From NCBI RefSeq assembly GCF_036971445.1, contig NC_091481.1, positions 68,510,001 through 68,574,000 of the forward strand: a stretch of DNA of 64,000 nucleotides, written 5' to 3'. The notes under the pieces were generated by a model. That model saw nothing but the letters and a program-made list of their open reading frames with translations, had not been told where the DNA came from and ran no database searches. The stretch is from Narcine bancroftii (Eukaryota). The translations under genes and the position numbers were made by a program. The first letter of the stretch is position 1, and each line of letters opens with the position of its first letter. This document shows, in pieces, positions 39,374 to 51,719 of this stretch.

Positions 39374-41243
39374 GTACTGTGCTGTTGGGGGGGGGGGGTG
39401 AGGAAGGGAATGGCAGGTGAAGGAGGAATGGTGCACGGGGGTGGAGGGGGGTGTGGGGGAAATATTGTGAAGGGGGAATGGGGGAGGGTGGAAGATGATG
39501 TGGAAGGGGTGGAGGGGGGATGGTTAAGTAATGAAATGGTTGGGAAGGGGCCGGGAGTGAAGGGGGGTATGGGAGGTGGGTCACAGGTGGTGACAAGATA
39601 ATGGTGGTGGAGGGTAGTGGTTGACTGTTAGGAGGTGCCGTGGATGGGGCGGGGAGGGTGGTGAATGGGTGTGGTTGAAGGGGGAGTTTGTGGGTGGTGT
39701 GCGGGGAGGAGCTCTGGATGATACTCTAGGGCTCCAGTCTATTTAATGATTCCAGGCTTCAATATTTAATGATTATGACTGATCCTATTGGAACGTCAAC
39801 TCTGAATTCCTGCCCCACACCCCGGAACCCTGCATCCATTTACCTTTTTGCCAATCGCTTCTCTCATTTGTCGTGTGAACAATCGTGCCCAGCCGCTGTT
39901 GGTTTGGTATGCTTCTGGATCCTTTTGGTGTCTGCTTGCTGTTTCTCTTGTAGTTGAGTACAAACTCTGCCAATTGAGTCATTGCTTTTGGCCTTTTTTA
40001 TTTGTCTTAAAGGGTGGTGTGGTTAGTGGACTGACAGCGGGTTCGAATCCAGCGCTTTCTGTAAGGAGTTTGTACATTCTCCCCGTGACTGCGTGGCTTC
40101 CTCCTACCCTCCAAAAAACCTACTGGAGTTGTAGGTCACTTGGTGTATTTGGGCGATGTGTGCTTGTTGGCCTTAAGGGCCTGTTACCGTGCTCTATGTG
40201 TGTCTAATTTAAAAATGTTGAGGAATAAAAATGGATATTATGAAGAATTTACCAACTTTTGCCTTAAACATTAAAAGATTCTGATTGCAGCCCACCGCAG
40301 GGATCTCTCAAAAGTTAATTACTTCTCAGATAAACCCTTGTTTTGAGCTGCTCCTACTTGAAGTCTGTTGTGATGCCTCAGGATCATGTGTTTCAGTCAA
40401 GACCTCTCTGAACTTCTGTGGCTTCAAGCACAATCTGGTTCAAACTTCCCCCAGCCGTCTTGGACCTCACCACGCCTCTGGAAGGGGATGACGAGAGTGT
40501 GGGTCTGGACCTGTTCAACCCCCGCCCCCCCCCTCACTTAAATCCATTCACGCGCACACACTGCTTCTTTCTGATGAGTGGGGAACCCTGTATCAAACCC
40601 CACAAACTGACCCTCATCCTATGGGATGGGAGCCAGGAGAAGAATGAAGAGCCTGATCTTTCCTCATGAGATAATCATCCAAATTCTGGTCACTGAGATG
40701 ATCTCAGAGGGTGGCAGTGGGTTGTGTGCTGGGTGGAGAGAAGGTGCAGTGAGTTTTCTTTTTTACATTTAGACATACAGAACGGTACAGGCCTTTCCAG
40801 CCCACAAGCCCATGCCGCCCAATTGACCTACATCCCCAGTACATTTTTTTTTTGCAAAGATGGGAGTAATGTACAAACCCCTTACATTCACTCCCCCTCC
40901 CCCCCCTAAACCATTTTGTCAGGTGTCTGTACACATTTTATAATCCCTTAATGAAGGGCTCAGTCCTGAAATGTGATCTTTGTCATATAAAGTACATTGT
41001 TTGACCTGCCGAGTTTCTCCATCATTATGTTTTTGCTTCAACCAAGGTGTCTGCAGACCTTTGTGTTTTTCTCCTTACAGACACGCTGCATTTGAACCCG
41101 AATCACTGGGAATCATTGGGAACTTGGGTAGACAAAATGCTTTTGCTATATGCAGCTGTCCTTGAAGTTTTGATTTGATTTAACTGATGTGCCTAATACT
41201 GAGACTGTTTAAAGGCTGTCTTCCTCCCTGTGTTGTGCTCTAG

Positions 41244-41371
41244 GAATGCATGTACCGGCTTTTTTCACAATGTTGGTACCGTCACATCCGTGGAACTGCA
41301 AGAGAAACCAGGCCCAGCGATCAAAGCTGAGGCAAATAAGTCAAAGTTTTTTCCTGGGCACCCTAATGAAG
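41244..41371 (+). CDS. RRP7A: RRP7A exon 3 (two apparent +1 indels)
   Basis: ECMYRLFSQC, then shifted GTVTSVELQEKP...SKFF; donor AAG|GTAATT. Confidence 0.88.
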
Positions 41372-41545
41372 GTAATTCCCCAGTGTCTGTGATGTCGATG
41401 TGTGGCGTCACAAACCTGTATTCCTGTGGCATGGTTCAGGAAAAAATACCCAGTGTGAGCTGGGAGTCCTATTTGAGGTTGGGGTTAAGAAAGCAAAAGG
41501 CTGCCGATGAAAGATTTATGAGCAAGTTTCTATATTTACACCGTA

Positions 41546-41741
41546 CAGTAAAACCCTGTTATCCGGAATTCAACAACCCGCAAAAAAAAATCAAGGAAAA
41601 GGAATAAAATTGTTGCGCTCACCGTTAGTTCACCAATCTATGCAGCACAAGCAACCAGAAAATTCACTTATCTGGCATTTACCAATCCCTGTAGGTGCTA
41701 GATACCGGAGCGGGGGGTGGGGGCGTTGGGGAGGTTTACTG
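41546..41741. mobile_element. Tigger/pogo-like MITE
   Basis: TA|CAGTAAAACC...GGTTTACTG|TA termini; related ends at ~6038 and ~42796. Confidence 0.65.
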
Positions 41742-43276
41742 TAGTAACATGGAGGAAATCTGAACGATTTTAGCAATTGAATTCCTGGCATGAGAAGTAA
41801 AAATAGGGTTGCAGGGGTGGGCTGGTTTATGGTCTCGAGAGGCAGGGGTTGGACCAGTGAGGGGTTCTGCAGCCGAAGAACACCCAGGCTGTTGATGACT
41901 CGAGGTGAGGATCACGCGCGGGCTGTTGGCGAGTACAGTAAAGGGACTCACACCAGGCTGCGAACTCATCCAAGATTTGTGTTCACGGAACGATGTTTAG
42001 TGTGATGGACGATGACCAGATACTTCAAAATTATCTGACCATGGGTTTGCACAACTGCAGTGTACTGCCCGACTGTTGTTCTCAGAGCCTCACCATCTGA
42101 TGAAAAGCACGCACGTACCTTGTTCAGAATCCTGCCCACCTGCGTCCCCCACTGTCAGGGAGCAGTGAATGTGCCCTCTCAGGTGACTGTGTACAACACC
42201 CCTCCTGGTCCCTGCCTTTTACTTGACCATACTCTGGATGAATTCCATCTGTCGCCACTTTGCTAAGCTCTTATTCTTCCACTTCAAAATAATAAAATAC
42301 AGCGATTTAGTAAAAAAAATAATAAAACCAGATATGTATCACGTTTTGGAGCTCTTTTATAAAAGGGTGCCTTTCAGTCAGGAACTTTAATCTTTTTTGG
42401 CCGAAGTTAGGGTGCTGTTTTAATTGTTTATTCTGGGCATTTAGATCCTGTTACTTTGTTAAGTTTAAATGCATTTGCTGATGTCAACCTCCCTGCGAGT
42501 CGCTACTCCCCGTCCATTGACACTCCAACCGTGTTCTCCAGGATTAGATCCTTCTGCAAGATCTGCACACTGGCACAAGAAGCTCTCCCAGGAACACTTT
42601 AAAAATGCCACCTCTCCACACCCGTCGCATGTAAGTCGATATTTGAGGAGTTAAATCTCATGCAATGCTCTGTAACTCTTGGTTTGACAAAGGATCTGCT
42701 CCAGCAGAGTGATTGCTGCATTTTGATCTTGAGCTATGCCCACGTTAAAGATAAAGATTCCGTTCCTGTCATGTAATAATAGAGAAAATGTAATCTAGTA
42801 AAACCCCCTGGTATCTGGCACCCAACAGGTTTGGTAGATCAGATAAGTCGGATGTAAGTTCCAGTTTCTGGTTGCTTAAGACTCCCTCTTACACTAGCTA
42901 ACTAAACACCTACATTATGAATAAACAGTTCAAAGTCAAAAATACTAGACTGTACTTAGACTTGAACAAATTTCACTTGAATTAGTATATAAACCTGAAA
43001 ACATTTTACTTTATTTTCAGTCACATTCTTTGAAAACATTTAACTGTCACTATATCTGCAGATTCCTCCCCCGAAAGATGAACAATAACTTTACCCATAA
43101 TTAAACTCCCCCTCCCCCAAGTTTACAGATAAAGCCTCTAACTCGGGTGACTCTTACTAAGCAGGGATAAGGAGACACTTTAAGAGAATCACCCCAACAG
43201 TGAGCGGCATCAACCAGCTCTTCACCCTGGGTGACTCTGTGTCCCGTCGCGCCAGTTAACTTCCCACTTGTTGTAG

Positions 43277-43394
43277 GTTTCCCGGGTGGCCTACGTCGTG
43301 TTTAAGACTCCGGCGGAGATGAGATGTGCCCTGAAAGTCCAAAAGCCCTGGATCCTGTCTCCGAGCGAGCAGCCCATCCTCGCAGGCCTTCAAA
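43277..43394 (+). CDS. RRP7A: RRP7A exon 4
   Basis: RVAYVVFKTP...ILSPSEQPILAGLQK; 118 nt; TTGTAG acceptor, GTGAGT donor. Confidence 0.88.
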
Positions 43395-43611
43395 GTGAGT
43401 GCCCCTGTTGGGTTGCTGGTGATTGGGGGGGGGTGGTGCAGTGAGGGTGGTGGTGACGGGGGAGGAGCATTGAGGGAGAGGGGAACGGGGAAGGTGAGGT
43501 GGGACAGTGAATTCCGGACACAAGCGCAGTGTCGGAAGACTGGGAACATCATGGGGTTGAGCTCACGGTCAGGAGGGGTCGGCAGCTCCTGGGACACGGG
43601 TTCATGGCCTA

Positions 43612-44200
43612 ATTTTTTTTGGAAAATATTAAAAAAAAATTTCATCCATATAATCATAGCCAAATATAAAATATAATAATCAAATATTAATATCATCCAT
43701 TATGCATAATGGTGTAAAACCCCAACCCCCTCTCCCTTAACAAAACCCCAAGAAAAGAAAGAATAAAAAAGTAAGAAAAATGAAAATAGAGACCTGGTGG
43801 CCGAAAGGTAGTCCCCTCACCACATGGCTCTGACCATTTGTATCTTTTAATCCCTCCAAAGAGATTAAGGAAGTTCGAAGTTTAGGGGAAACGTCTATAA
43901 ATTAATTCCCTCAATTTGTAAATACAGATGCCACATTTTCAAAAAAATACATCACATTTATTTCTGAGATTGTAAGTAATCTTCTCCAGAGGAACGCAGC
44001 TCTGCTTCTCTGCCTTCCATCGCTCCACAACCCAGGTGGGCGTCCGATTTCCACGTTACTGCTACAAATTCTTTTTCCTATAGAGATCATTACAATTTTA
44101 GTCTTATCCCTTTAATGATACTTAATAAAAATAACATTGGGTTTTGTGGAATTTGATTCCTGTAACCTGTTCTAAAAAAAAGTTGCTAAATTTATCCAAA
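43612..44200 (-). mobile_element. L1-clade LINE 3' fragment
   Basis: T-rich tail on +; decayed ORF2 C-terminus on - (PLEKITYNLRNK-like). Confidence 0.6.
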
Positions 44201-45068
44201 AGGATCTCACTTAGGGCAGCTTCATCTTCCCACACTCATGGTCCTCCTTACATGCTCCGTCATAGAACAGCCACCCATAATAAACGTATGGGCCAGAGGT
44301 GGGGGCTGCAGGGTGACGGAAGGCTGAACCCCCTCATGGTCTATCCACAGGACTCTCCTGAACCCCCCCACCTCCCACCCTCCCAAACTGGTCTGCCAAC
44401 TGGGCTTTCCTGAACCCCTCTCCCAGTCCACCAGCAGGACTCTCCTGTACCCTTTCTTCCCGACCACTAGCAAGGCTCTCCTGAACCCCCCCTCTTGGTC
44501 CATTTGCAGGGCTTTTCTGAACCATCTCTACCACCCCCCCCCCCCCCCCCCCCCCCCGAACCGGACCACCAGCAGTGGTCTCCCCGAACCCCCATCCTGG
44601 ACCACCAGGAAGAATCTTGTTTGGTTTTGGAGGGAGAATTCTTGCCCTTTTGCCATCAAATTGACAACCTTGTCTGTCAGACGACTTGTTTATTATATCA
44701 GTAATATATGTCTATACCTCATCACTGCAGTCCACCCATAACAAACCAGTGGAACACTCCACCTTTCCCCTCCCCACCTGCCGTTACACACCCCTTCCCC
44801 CAGCTCCGTACCCCTTCCCCCAGCTCCCCACTCACCCCCCCGCAGCTCTGCACCCCTTCCCTTCCTTTCCTCCTTCCGAGTGCATCTCCTATCTCTTCCT
44901 ACAGCACCTTATGTTTGGTCCAGTTATCTAGCATCTACAGACGTGTTGATTTCCGGACCACCCACAGTGGTTGTAGATCTGGGTTGAGAAATTCTGGTGC
45001 AACTGAAATAGAATAGGGGCACAGACTGGATGGTTTCTCCGAATTTCAGTCCTTCCTTTCTTTCCCAG

Positions 45069-45164
45069 AGTGGATTCTGGACTATCGCTCCACTGTCATT
45101 GACCTGAGGCACTGCAGGCCGAGGTGGATGAGTTCATGAAGCAGCACGATTCCCAGCTGAAGAG
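45069..45164 (+). CDS. RRP7A: RRP7A exon 5 (two apparent -1 indels)
   Basis: WILDYRSTVID, then shifted EALQAEVDEFMKQHDSQL; CCCAG acceptor, GTGAGG donor. Confidence 0.88.
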
Positions 45165-45339
45165 GTGAGGCGGTCGGATGTGGGGCTGTTGATGGGCGGG
45201 GTGAGGGCAGGGGGTAGCGGTGGGTTTCAGAGGGGTGATGGGTTGACTGCTCTCGGCTTGGAAGGACTGAGGATCAGTGATCCCCACATGCCGGGGAAGG
45301 CCTGGGTTTGGCAGGAAGGTGCCTCGACCAAAACTCTTC

Positions 45340-45900
45340 CATCCCGTCTCTGGTAAGGATTCTGTTCCTTTCTCCCAATCCCTCTGACTCCACTGTGTCC
45401 ATTCAAGGACATCCAAGATGTCCCCCTCCTTTCAGATGGCTTCTCTTCTGCTGCCATCAATTCAGTCCTCACTCACTATTCCTCTATTCCCCAAACTGCC
45501 CTTCCAAGTGAAGCACCAGTTTACGTGAATCTTCAGGGGTCAGCTACAGCATCTGATGTTCCCCTTGTGGTCATCAGAGAGGCTGGATGTCTCGTTGAGC
45601 CCTGTCCACTGCAACGGGCTGTACGTCCTTGTGGTTATTTACACATTCATCTGTCCATGACCTCATCCTCCCAAACTGAGGACACCAATAAATAGGAGGA
45701 ACAACACCCCATATTCCGTCTGGGCAACCAAACGGCATTAACGTCAACATCTCTGGTTTTGTTGGACCCCCGAATATCCCTCTGACTCCTTTCCTAACAG
45801 CTCCCTATCCCTTCTTTCTCCTCTCAGAGCTACTCTTTTAAACCATCTTCCCAGTCACTTCTCAGTTTCTACCCTCCCCTCCCTCCTGTATCTGCCTCAT
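45340..45900 (+). mobile_element. Penelope-like element fragment
   Basis: Colinear with the GIY-YIG region of the 11050-12400 copy (TTCCAAGTGAAGCA...GAGGAACAACAC...CCGTCTGGGCA). Confidence 0.6.
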
Positions 45901-46194
45901 ACATTGTCAGCCAGTGCTCCTCCTCCCTTCCTCCCCCGTCCCCTTCTCTCTTCCTCCATCCCATCCATTCTATCCAGGCCTGGTTCAGACCCGAGTTGTT
46001 GGCCTCTTTTGCTTCCCGTGGATGCTGACTGACCTGCTATGTATCTCCAGCCCTTGGTCACGGATTCTGCAGTCTTGGTGTTTGTCGAGGAGGCGGAGGG
46101 TGGGGAAGGCAGCTGCCTGGGGGTGGGCAATGGTGGGGGGGGAGGAACGATGGAATCACGGGACAGGACTTCTCACGGCCTGCTCTGGTCCCAG

Positions 46195-46393
46195 ATGGAG
46201 GCCCTAGCCAAAGCCGAAGACGGGGTCCCAGACGAGGACGGATGGGTGAAGGTGACGAGGAAGGGCCGTCATCCTGGCATTCCTCGCACAGAGACACAGA
46301 ACCTGAACGCCATCCAGCGGGAGAAACGCAAGCGCGCCCAAAGAGAGCTGCTGAACTTCTACAGCTGGCAGCACCATGATGCCAAGCGAGAGC
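46195..46393 (+). CDS. RRP7A: RRP7A exon 6
   Basis: GVPDEDGWVKVTRKGR...RKRAQRELLNFYSWQH; 199 nt. Confidence 0.95.
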
Positions 46394-46784
46394 GTGAGTC
46401 AAGGGCTCCCTGTCTGGGCTATGGGAGGGTCGTGTGGTGGTCTCAAGGGAAGAGGGAGTGGGGGTTGTCCTGTTTGTGCCAGGAAGGTCATTAGGTGGAC
46501 CTTAGGGGAGAGAGTAAAGGGGCTCTCTGTTCAGGCTGAGGGGGGGCTGTTCGTTGGTCTCAAAGAAAGGGGTGGGGTTTTCCCTGTTTGTGCCAGGGGA
46601 GGGTGTTGTGTGGTGGTCTCAAGGGAAGGGAGTCTCCCTGTTCAGCTGGGACGGGATTGTTGGGTGGTCTTGTGGGGAGGGGTTCGTTCAGAGGTCTGGA
46701 GTAGAAGGGGGGGGGGGGTCGAACAGGTGTCCCATGGGGTGCGGGGCCCTTCAGTTTGAGCTGCTGAGACATCTGGTGGTGTCT

Positions 46785-48149
46785 TTTTTTTTAAAAATTT
46801 TTTATTTTTCACACCATAAATCACAATAGCCATGATATACACTTTCTTTTCCACACATTTACAGTGACTTTTTCTCCCTCCCCCCTCCTCCTCCCAAGCC
46901 ACCCCCCCCACCCCCCCCCCTCTCATCCATTTTAGGTATACAATCTAGTTGCATTAATTCAGTTAGACAATGTTGTCATTCAACAAAAATACACCAGAAA
47001 TTCTACTGAGTCATTCTTTTCTTTTCTTCTCCTTCCATCAACTTAGGTAATGTTTGTTCCCGGTAGGTTTTCGTTATTGTATTTAATGTAAGGCTCCCAT
47101 ACTTGTTCGAATATTTCAATATTATTTCTTAAACTATATGTTATTTTTTCTAATGGAATACATTTATTCATTTCTATATACCATTGTTGTATTTTTCAAA
47201 TTATCTTCCAATTTCCAGGTTGACATAATACATTTTTTTGCTACGGCTAGGGCTATCTTGACAAATCTTTTTTGTGCATCTTCCAAGTCAATTCCAAATT
47301 CTTTATTTTTTATGTTACTTAGGAGAAAGATCTCTGGATTCTTTGGTATATTGTTTTCTGTTATTTTATTTAATATCTGATTGAGATCATCCCAAAATTT
47401 TTCTACTCTCTCACATGTCCAGATTGCATGAATTGTTGTTCCCTTTCTTTTTTACATCGAAAACATCTATCAGATACTGTTGGGTCCCATTTATTTAACT
47501 TTTGCGGTGTAATGTATAGTCTGTGTAACCAATTATATTGTATCATACGCAGCCTCGTATTTATTGTATTTCTCATCGTTCCAGAGCATATTTCTCCCAT
47601 GTTTCCTTTTTTATCTTTATATTTAAATCTTGTTCCCATTTTTGTTTAGTTTTACCATTTGTTTCCTCATTCTCCTTTTCTTGCAGTTTAATATACATAT
47701 TTTTTATAAATCTTTTGATTAACATTGTATCTGTAATCACATATTCAAGGTTACTTCCCTCTGGTAAACTCAAGTTGCTTCTAATTTATCTTTCAAGTAG
47801 GATCTCAGTTGGTAATATGCCAGCGCTGTATCTCCAGTTATATTGTACTTATCTCTCATTTGTTCAAAGGATAAGAATCTACTTCCTGAAAAACAATTTT
47901 CTATTCTTTTAATCCCTTTTTTTTCCCATTTTCTAAAGGCAAGGTTGTCTATTGTAAAAGGGAGTAGCTTATTTTGCGTCAATATTAGTTTTGGTATTTG
48001 GTAATTTATTTTATTTCTTTCTACATGAATCTTCTTCATATATTGAGGAGATGGTGTAATACTGGAGAAGTTCTATGTTGTACCAATTTTTCGTCCCATT
48101 TATATAATATGTGTTCAGGTATCTTTTCCCCTATTTTATCTAATTCTAG
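46785..48149 (-). mobile_element. 5'-truncated young L1-clade LINE in RRP7A intron 6
   Basis: zf-RVT-like LRMIQYNWLHRLYITPQKL...DRCFRCKKE; poly-T on +; 17-bp TSD GACATCTGGTGGTGTCT (46768-46784; 48150-48166). Confidence 0.92.
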
Positions 48150-48460
48150 GACATCTGGTGGTGTCTCGATGGGAGGGGTGCTGGTCCCACTCCCAGTTCA
48201 GGTCAGGTCTTGGTGGGAGGAAAGAGTTTCCTTCCCTGAGGACATCCTGCACCCCTGGATTGACAGCAGTCAACCAATCACAGTATCACCTTGGTTCCCC
48301 TCCCCCCCACCTGTGCACCACGAAGGGGGTGGCCACAATCTGTGCTGCACATTGAGGGGTCTGTGGGTTCCATCATAGCCATCTTCTCTCTGATTTCCCC
48401 CCCACACTGTGGCCTGGTCTTGTTCCCCCTCCCCAGCTCAGCTTCTGGTTCTCATTCCAG

Positions 48461-48546
48461 ACATCGCTCAGCTTCGGAAGAAGTTTGAAGAGGACAAACA
48501 GAAGATCGCCCTGATGAGGGCTGAGCGGAAATTCAAGCCTTTTTGA
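48461..48546 (+). CDS. RRP7A: RRP7A exon 7 (last coding exon)
   Basis: IAQLRKKFEEDKQKIALMRAERKFKPF*; AATAAA at 48998-49003. Confidence 0.95.
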
Positions 48547-49229
48547 AACCCACTCAACATGGTGACGTTGAGTGGACTTTTCGAAACAATGTCCACAGAG
48601 CAGTCCGCCCGCAGTGGTGAATCTCCACTCTTTATGGATGATCCATCTGTGTTGGGTGGCCACATTAACCAACAGGTCAACCACACGATTACAGTGCTGG
48701 ATCCAACGTTGCTTCACCACCAGTCCCGTAGTCTCGTTATCTTCTATCTCCGCCACCCCCCCACCCCATATCCACCTATGTACCTGTTAGCCCATGTTTC
48801 CTCCTCATTCCCCTTGTCCTTTTCCTCCCCCCTCCTCTGCTCCCCAGCTCCTTCCTCTTGTCCTCTTCCCCCCCCACCCCTTCCTCCTCCCCTTCCCCTC
48901 CAGATCGGAAGGTTTATTTTCCCCATTGTTCGTTGAACTTGAGAAAGTTTCAGCTTTGTATTTGGAAATGTGTTTCGGCTTCACAAAGATGTTTGTAAAT
49001 AAACTGTCTATATCTTGGAAACGGTGTCTGGCACTTCTCTGAAGACAAGGAAGACAACAATGAGAGACAAAGGCACGAGCTGAATGTGGGAGTGCAAACT
49101 GATGGAGGGACTCACCTGATCAGATAGCGTGTGTGGAGGGAGAGGAATGGATAATGTTTCAAGTTGAGTTTGTGGGTGATGGGCGGTAGTGAAATTGCTG
49201 TTTAATTCTGAGATGCTAGCATAATTCTT

Positions 49230-49650
49230 CAGATTTATTGTCAGAGGACATAACATCACATATAACCCTGAGATTCTTTATCCATTGGAGGTGCAATAAA
49301 AACTGTACACAGTGTAAACTTGTAAACAATTAAAAAACTGTAACCAGATAATGAGCAGTAGAGAGAGAACAAAGACAATCAATAAAGTCCTTAAATGAGT
49401 CCCTGATTGAGTTTGTTGTTGAGGAGTCTGATGGTGGAGGGGGAGCAGCTGTTCCTGAACCTGGTGGTGCGAGTCTTGTGACACCAACACCTCTTTCCTG
49501 ATGGTAGCAGCGAGAACGAGGCGTGTGCTGGGTGGAGTGGATCCTGTTCGATTGCTGCTGCTCTCCGACGTGATGTCCTGGTTGTGTCCGCTCCCTTTTG
49601 GAGGTGTTCCCCAGACCAGACCATGATGCAGCTGGTCAGCACACTTAATC
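49230..49650 (-). mobile_element. Rex1/Babar-type LINE 3' fragment
   Basis: DPLHPAHASFSLLPSGKRCWCHKTRTTRFRNS. Confidence 0.78.
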
Positions 49651-49969
49651 TGCCAATTTAATTCGACAAAGCTCTAGTGAAGCAGATCTGTAATCTTTGT
49701 TTCAGACACACGACAGCCTTCTGCTGGATCTGGGCTTCTTCTTTTGTAACTAGCGCAAAACAGGGCTTAGGGATGTTTGGTGGGTGGTGGGGGTCGTGAA
49801 GGCTGGGTGCACAATTGGGGGGGGGTGGTCTTGTCCACAAGGAATCTTCCGATTTCTCATCATTCAGCAAGAATAGGGTGGCCATGACTGATAATGGGTC
49901 CTTACTGATCAATCGGTGAACCTGTGTTTCTTGTCTTAGTTACCATGGGTCCAGTCTCCTTTATACCTC

Positions 49970-50560
49970 CCCCCTTCCAACTCCCTTCCCTCCCCTCATC
50001 CCTCTTCCAACTCCCTTCATTCCTCTTCCAACTCCCTCATCCCTCTTCCAACTCCCTTCCCTCATCCCTCTTCCAACTCCCTTCCCTCATCCCTCTTCCA
50101 GTTCCCTCCCCTCGTCCCCCTTCCAACTCCTCCCTTTGTCCCCTTCCCTCTCCCTCGTCCCCCTTCCAACTCCCTCCCCTTGTCCCCCTTCCAACTTCCT
50201 TCCCTCTCCCTTGTCCCCCTTCCAACTCCCTCCCCTTGTCCCCCTTCCAACTTCCTTCCCTCATCCCTCTTCCAACTCCTTCATTCCTCTTCCAACTCCC
50301 CTCATCCCTCTTCCAACTCCCTTCCCTCATCCCTCTTCCAGCTCCCTCCCCTCATCCCTCTCCTCGTCCCCCTTCCAACTCCCTCCCTTTGTCCCCTTCC
50401 CTCTCCCTTGTCCCCCTTCCAACTCCCTCCCCTTGTCCCCTTCCAAACTACCCTCCCCTTGTCCCCCTTCCAACTCCCTCCCCTTGTCCCCCTTCCAACT
50501 CCCTCCCCTTGTCCCCCTTCCAACTCCCTCCCCTTGTCCCCCTTCCAACTCCCTCCCCTC
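49970..50560. repeat. Pyrimidine-rich minisatellite (~25-bp CCCTTCCAACTCCCTCCCCTTGTCC units)
   Basis: Tandem, degenerate units. Confidence 0.9.
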
Positions 50561-50854
50561 GTCTGCTGTTCTTTTAAATCTTGCTCCTTCCCACTTTTCC
50601 CCATAATAGTTATTCCTCTCACAGACCACGAACCACCGATCGGCCACTCCTTGTTGCTGCTGCCAATGGTCGATGTTTTGGATGCAAAACTTGTCCCATT
50701 TCGATGCGATTTGTGTCACCAGTTGAACCCAAATTCTGCTTTCCTCATACCTATTCTAAACGAGCCTGTAGGATTCCTGTCATCTTCCCACAAACTGATC
50801 CACATGGTCACGGCTCAGGTCTCTTTATCTTTGCTGTATAAAGTACACCCACTA

Positions 50855-51225
50855 AGTTGGGTGGGTCATGTCTCCAGAATGGAGGACCATGGCCTTCCCA
50901 AAATCGTGTTATATGGCGAGCTCTCCACTGGCCACCGTGACAGAGGTGCACCAAAGAAGAGGTACAAGGACTGCCTAAAGAAATCTCTTGGTGCCTGCCA
51001 CATTGACCACCGCCAGTGGGCTGATCTCGCCTCCAACCGTGCATCTTGGCGCCTCACAGTTCGGCGGGCAGCAACCTCCTTTGAAGACCGCAGCCCATCT
51101 CACTGACAAAAGGAAACACCCAACCAACCAATTTTCCCCTGCAACCACTGCTTGTCCCACATCGGACTTGTCAGCCACAAATGAGCCTGCAGCTGACGTG
51201 GACATTTATCCCTCCATAAATCTTC
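50855..51225 (+). mobile_element. RTE-clade LINE 3' fragment
   Basis: WVGHVSRMEDHGLPKIVLYGELSTGHRDRGAPKKRYKDCLKKSL. Confidence 0.88.
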
Positions 51226-51472
51226 GACTGGACTCGCTCTGTTGAACCTCCTGCGGGACCGGCTGGTTTTCTTGCTGCGTCTCTGAGGTTCCAGCCGCAC
51301 CTCCGAGAGGCTGCGGGACCGGCTGGTTTCGAGCCGCTGAGCTCCTGCAGCTCTTCTGGGGGAGAGGAGGGTTCCTGTCGTCCTCGCTACTGTGTAGTTC
51401 ATGAGGGGGTTTGGTTTGAAGCCCCCACCTCTTTTCATCGACCTGCGGGGATGGTTCCCCTTCGTTGTTCCC

Positions 51473-51486
51473 TGCTGTTCTTAACA
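51473..51486 (-). terminator. snRNA 3' box-like element
   Basis: GTTAAGAACAGCAG about 22 nt downstream of the U12 3' end, resembling GTTT-N-AAARNNAGA. Confidence 0.5.
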
Positions 51487-51508
51487 TTATAGGGTGGGGG
51501 GGAAGAAC

Positions 51509-51659
51509 CGGGCAGATCGCGGCTCTGCGGCATCCCACAAAGTAGGCGGGTCACCACTAGGGCGACCTTTACCCGCACAAAAATTCCTCTCGCACGAAGC
51601 GGCGAGGACCCGGGCGTCACCCCGGACCGTTATTTTCCTTACTCATTAGTTTAAGGCAT
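51509..51659 (-). ncRNA. RNU12: U12 minor spliceosomal snRNA
   Basis: Minus strand reads ATGCCTTAAACTAATGAGTAAGGAAAATAACGGTCCGGGGTGACGCCCGGGTCC...AATTTTTG (Sm site)...CCCGCCTACTTTGTGGGATGCC...GCGATCTGCCCG, colinear with human U12 over 151 nt. Confidence 0.97.
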
Positions 51660-51701
51660 GCCATTTATTCGCCGCAGCTGCAACCTAGACTGAACCCCAT
51701 C

Positions 51702-51719
51702 CCTTCATAGTCAGGGCGA
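51702..51719 (-). promoter_or_regulatory. PSE (SNAPc site) of U12
   Basis: TCGCCCTGACTATGAAGG at -60 to -43, resembling the TCACCNTNA(C/G)TNNAAA PSE consensus. Confidence 0.72.

Noticed and set aside
38559-39401. 280-aa ORF across the RRP7A 5' end
   Set aside because: Reads through 378 Ns and intron sequence
39854-39863. ATCGCTTCTC, identical to the U2 snRNA 5' end
   Set aside because: Only 10 nt match and the similarity does not continue
50180-51106. 308-aa ORF
   Set aside because: Chance fusion of minisatellite, unique DNA and an RTE fragment
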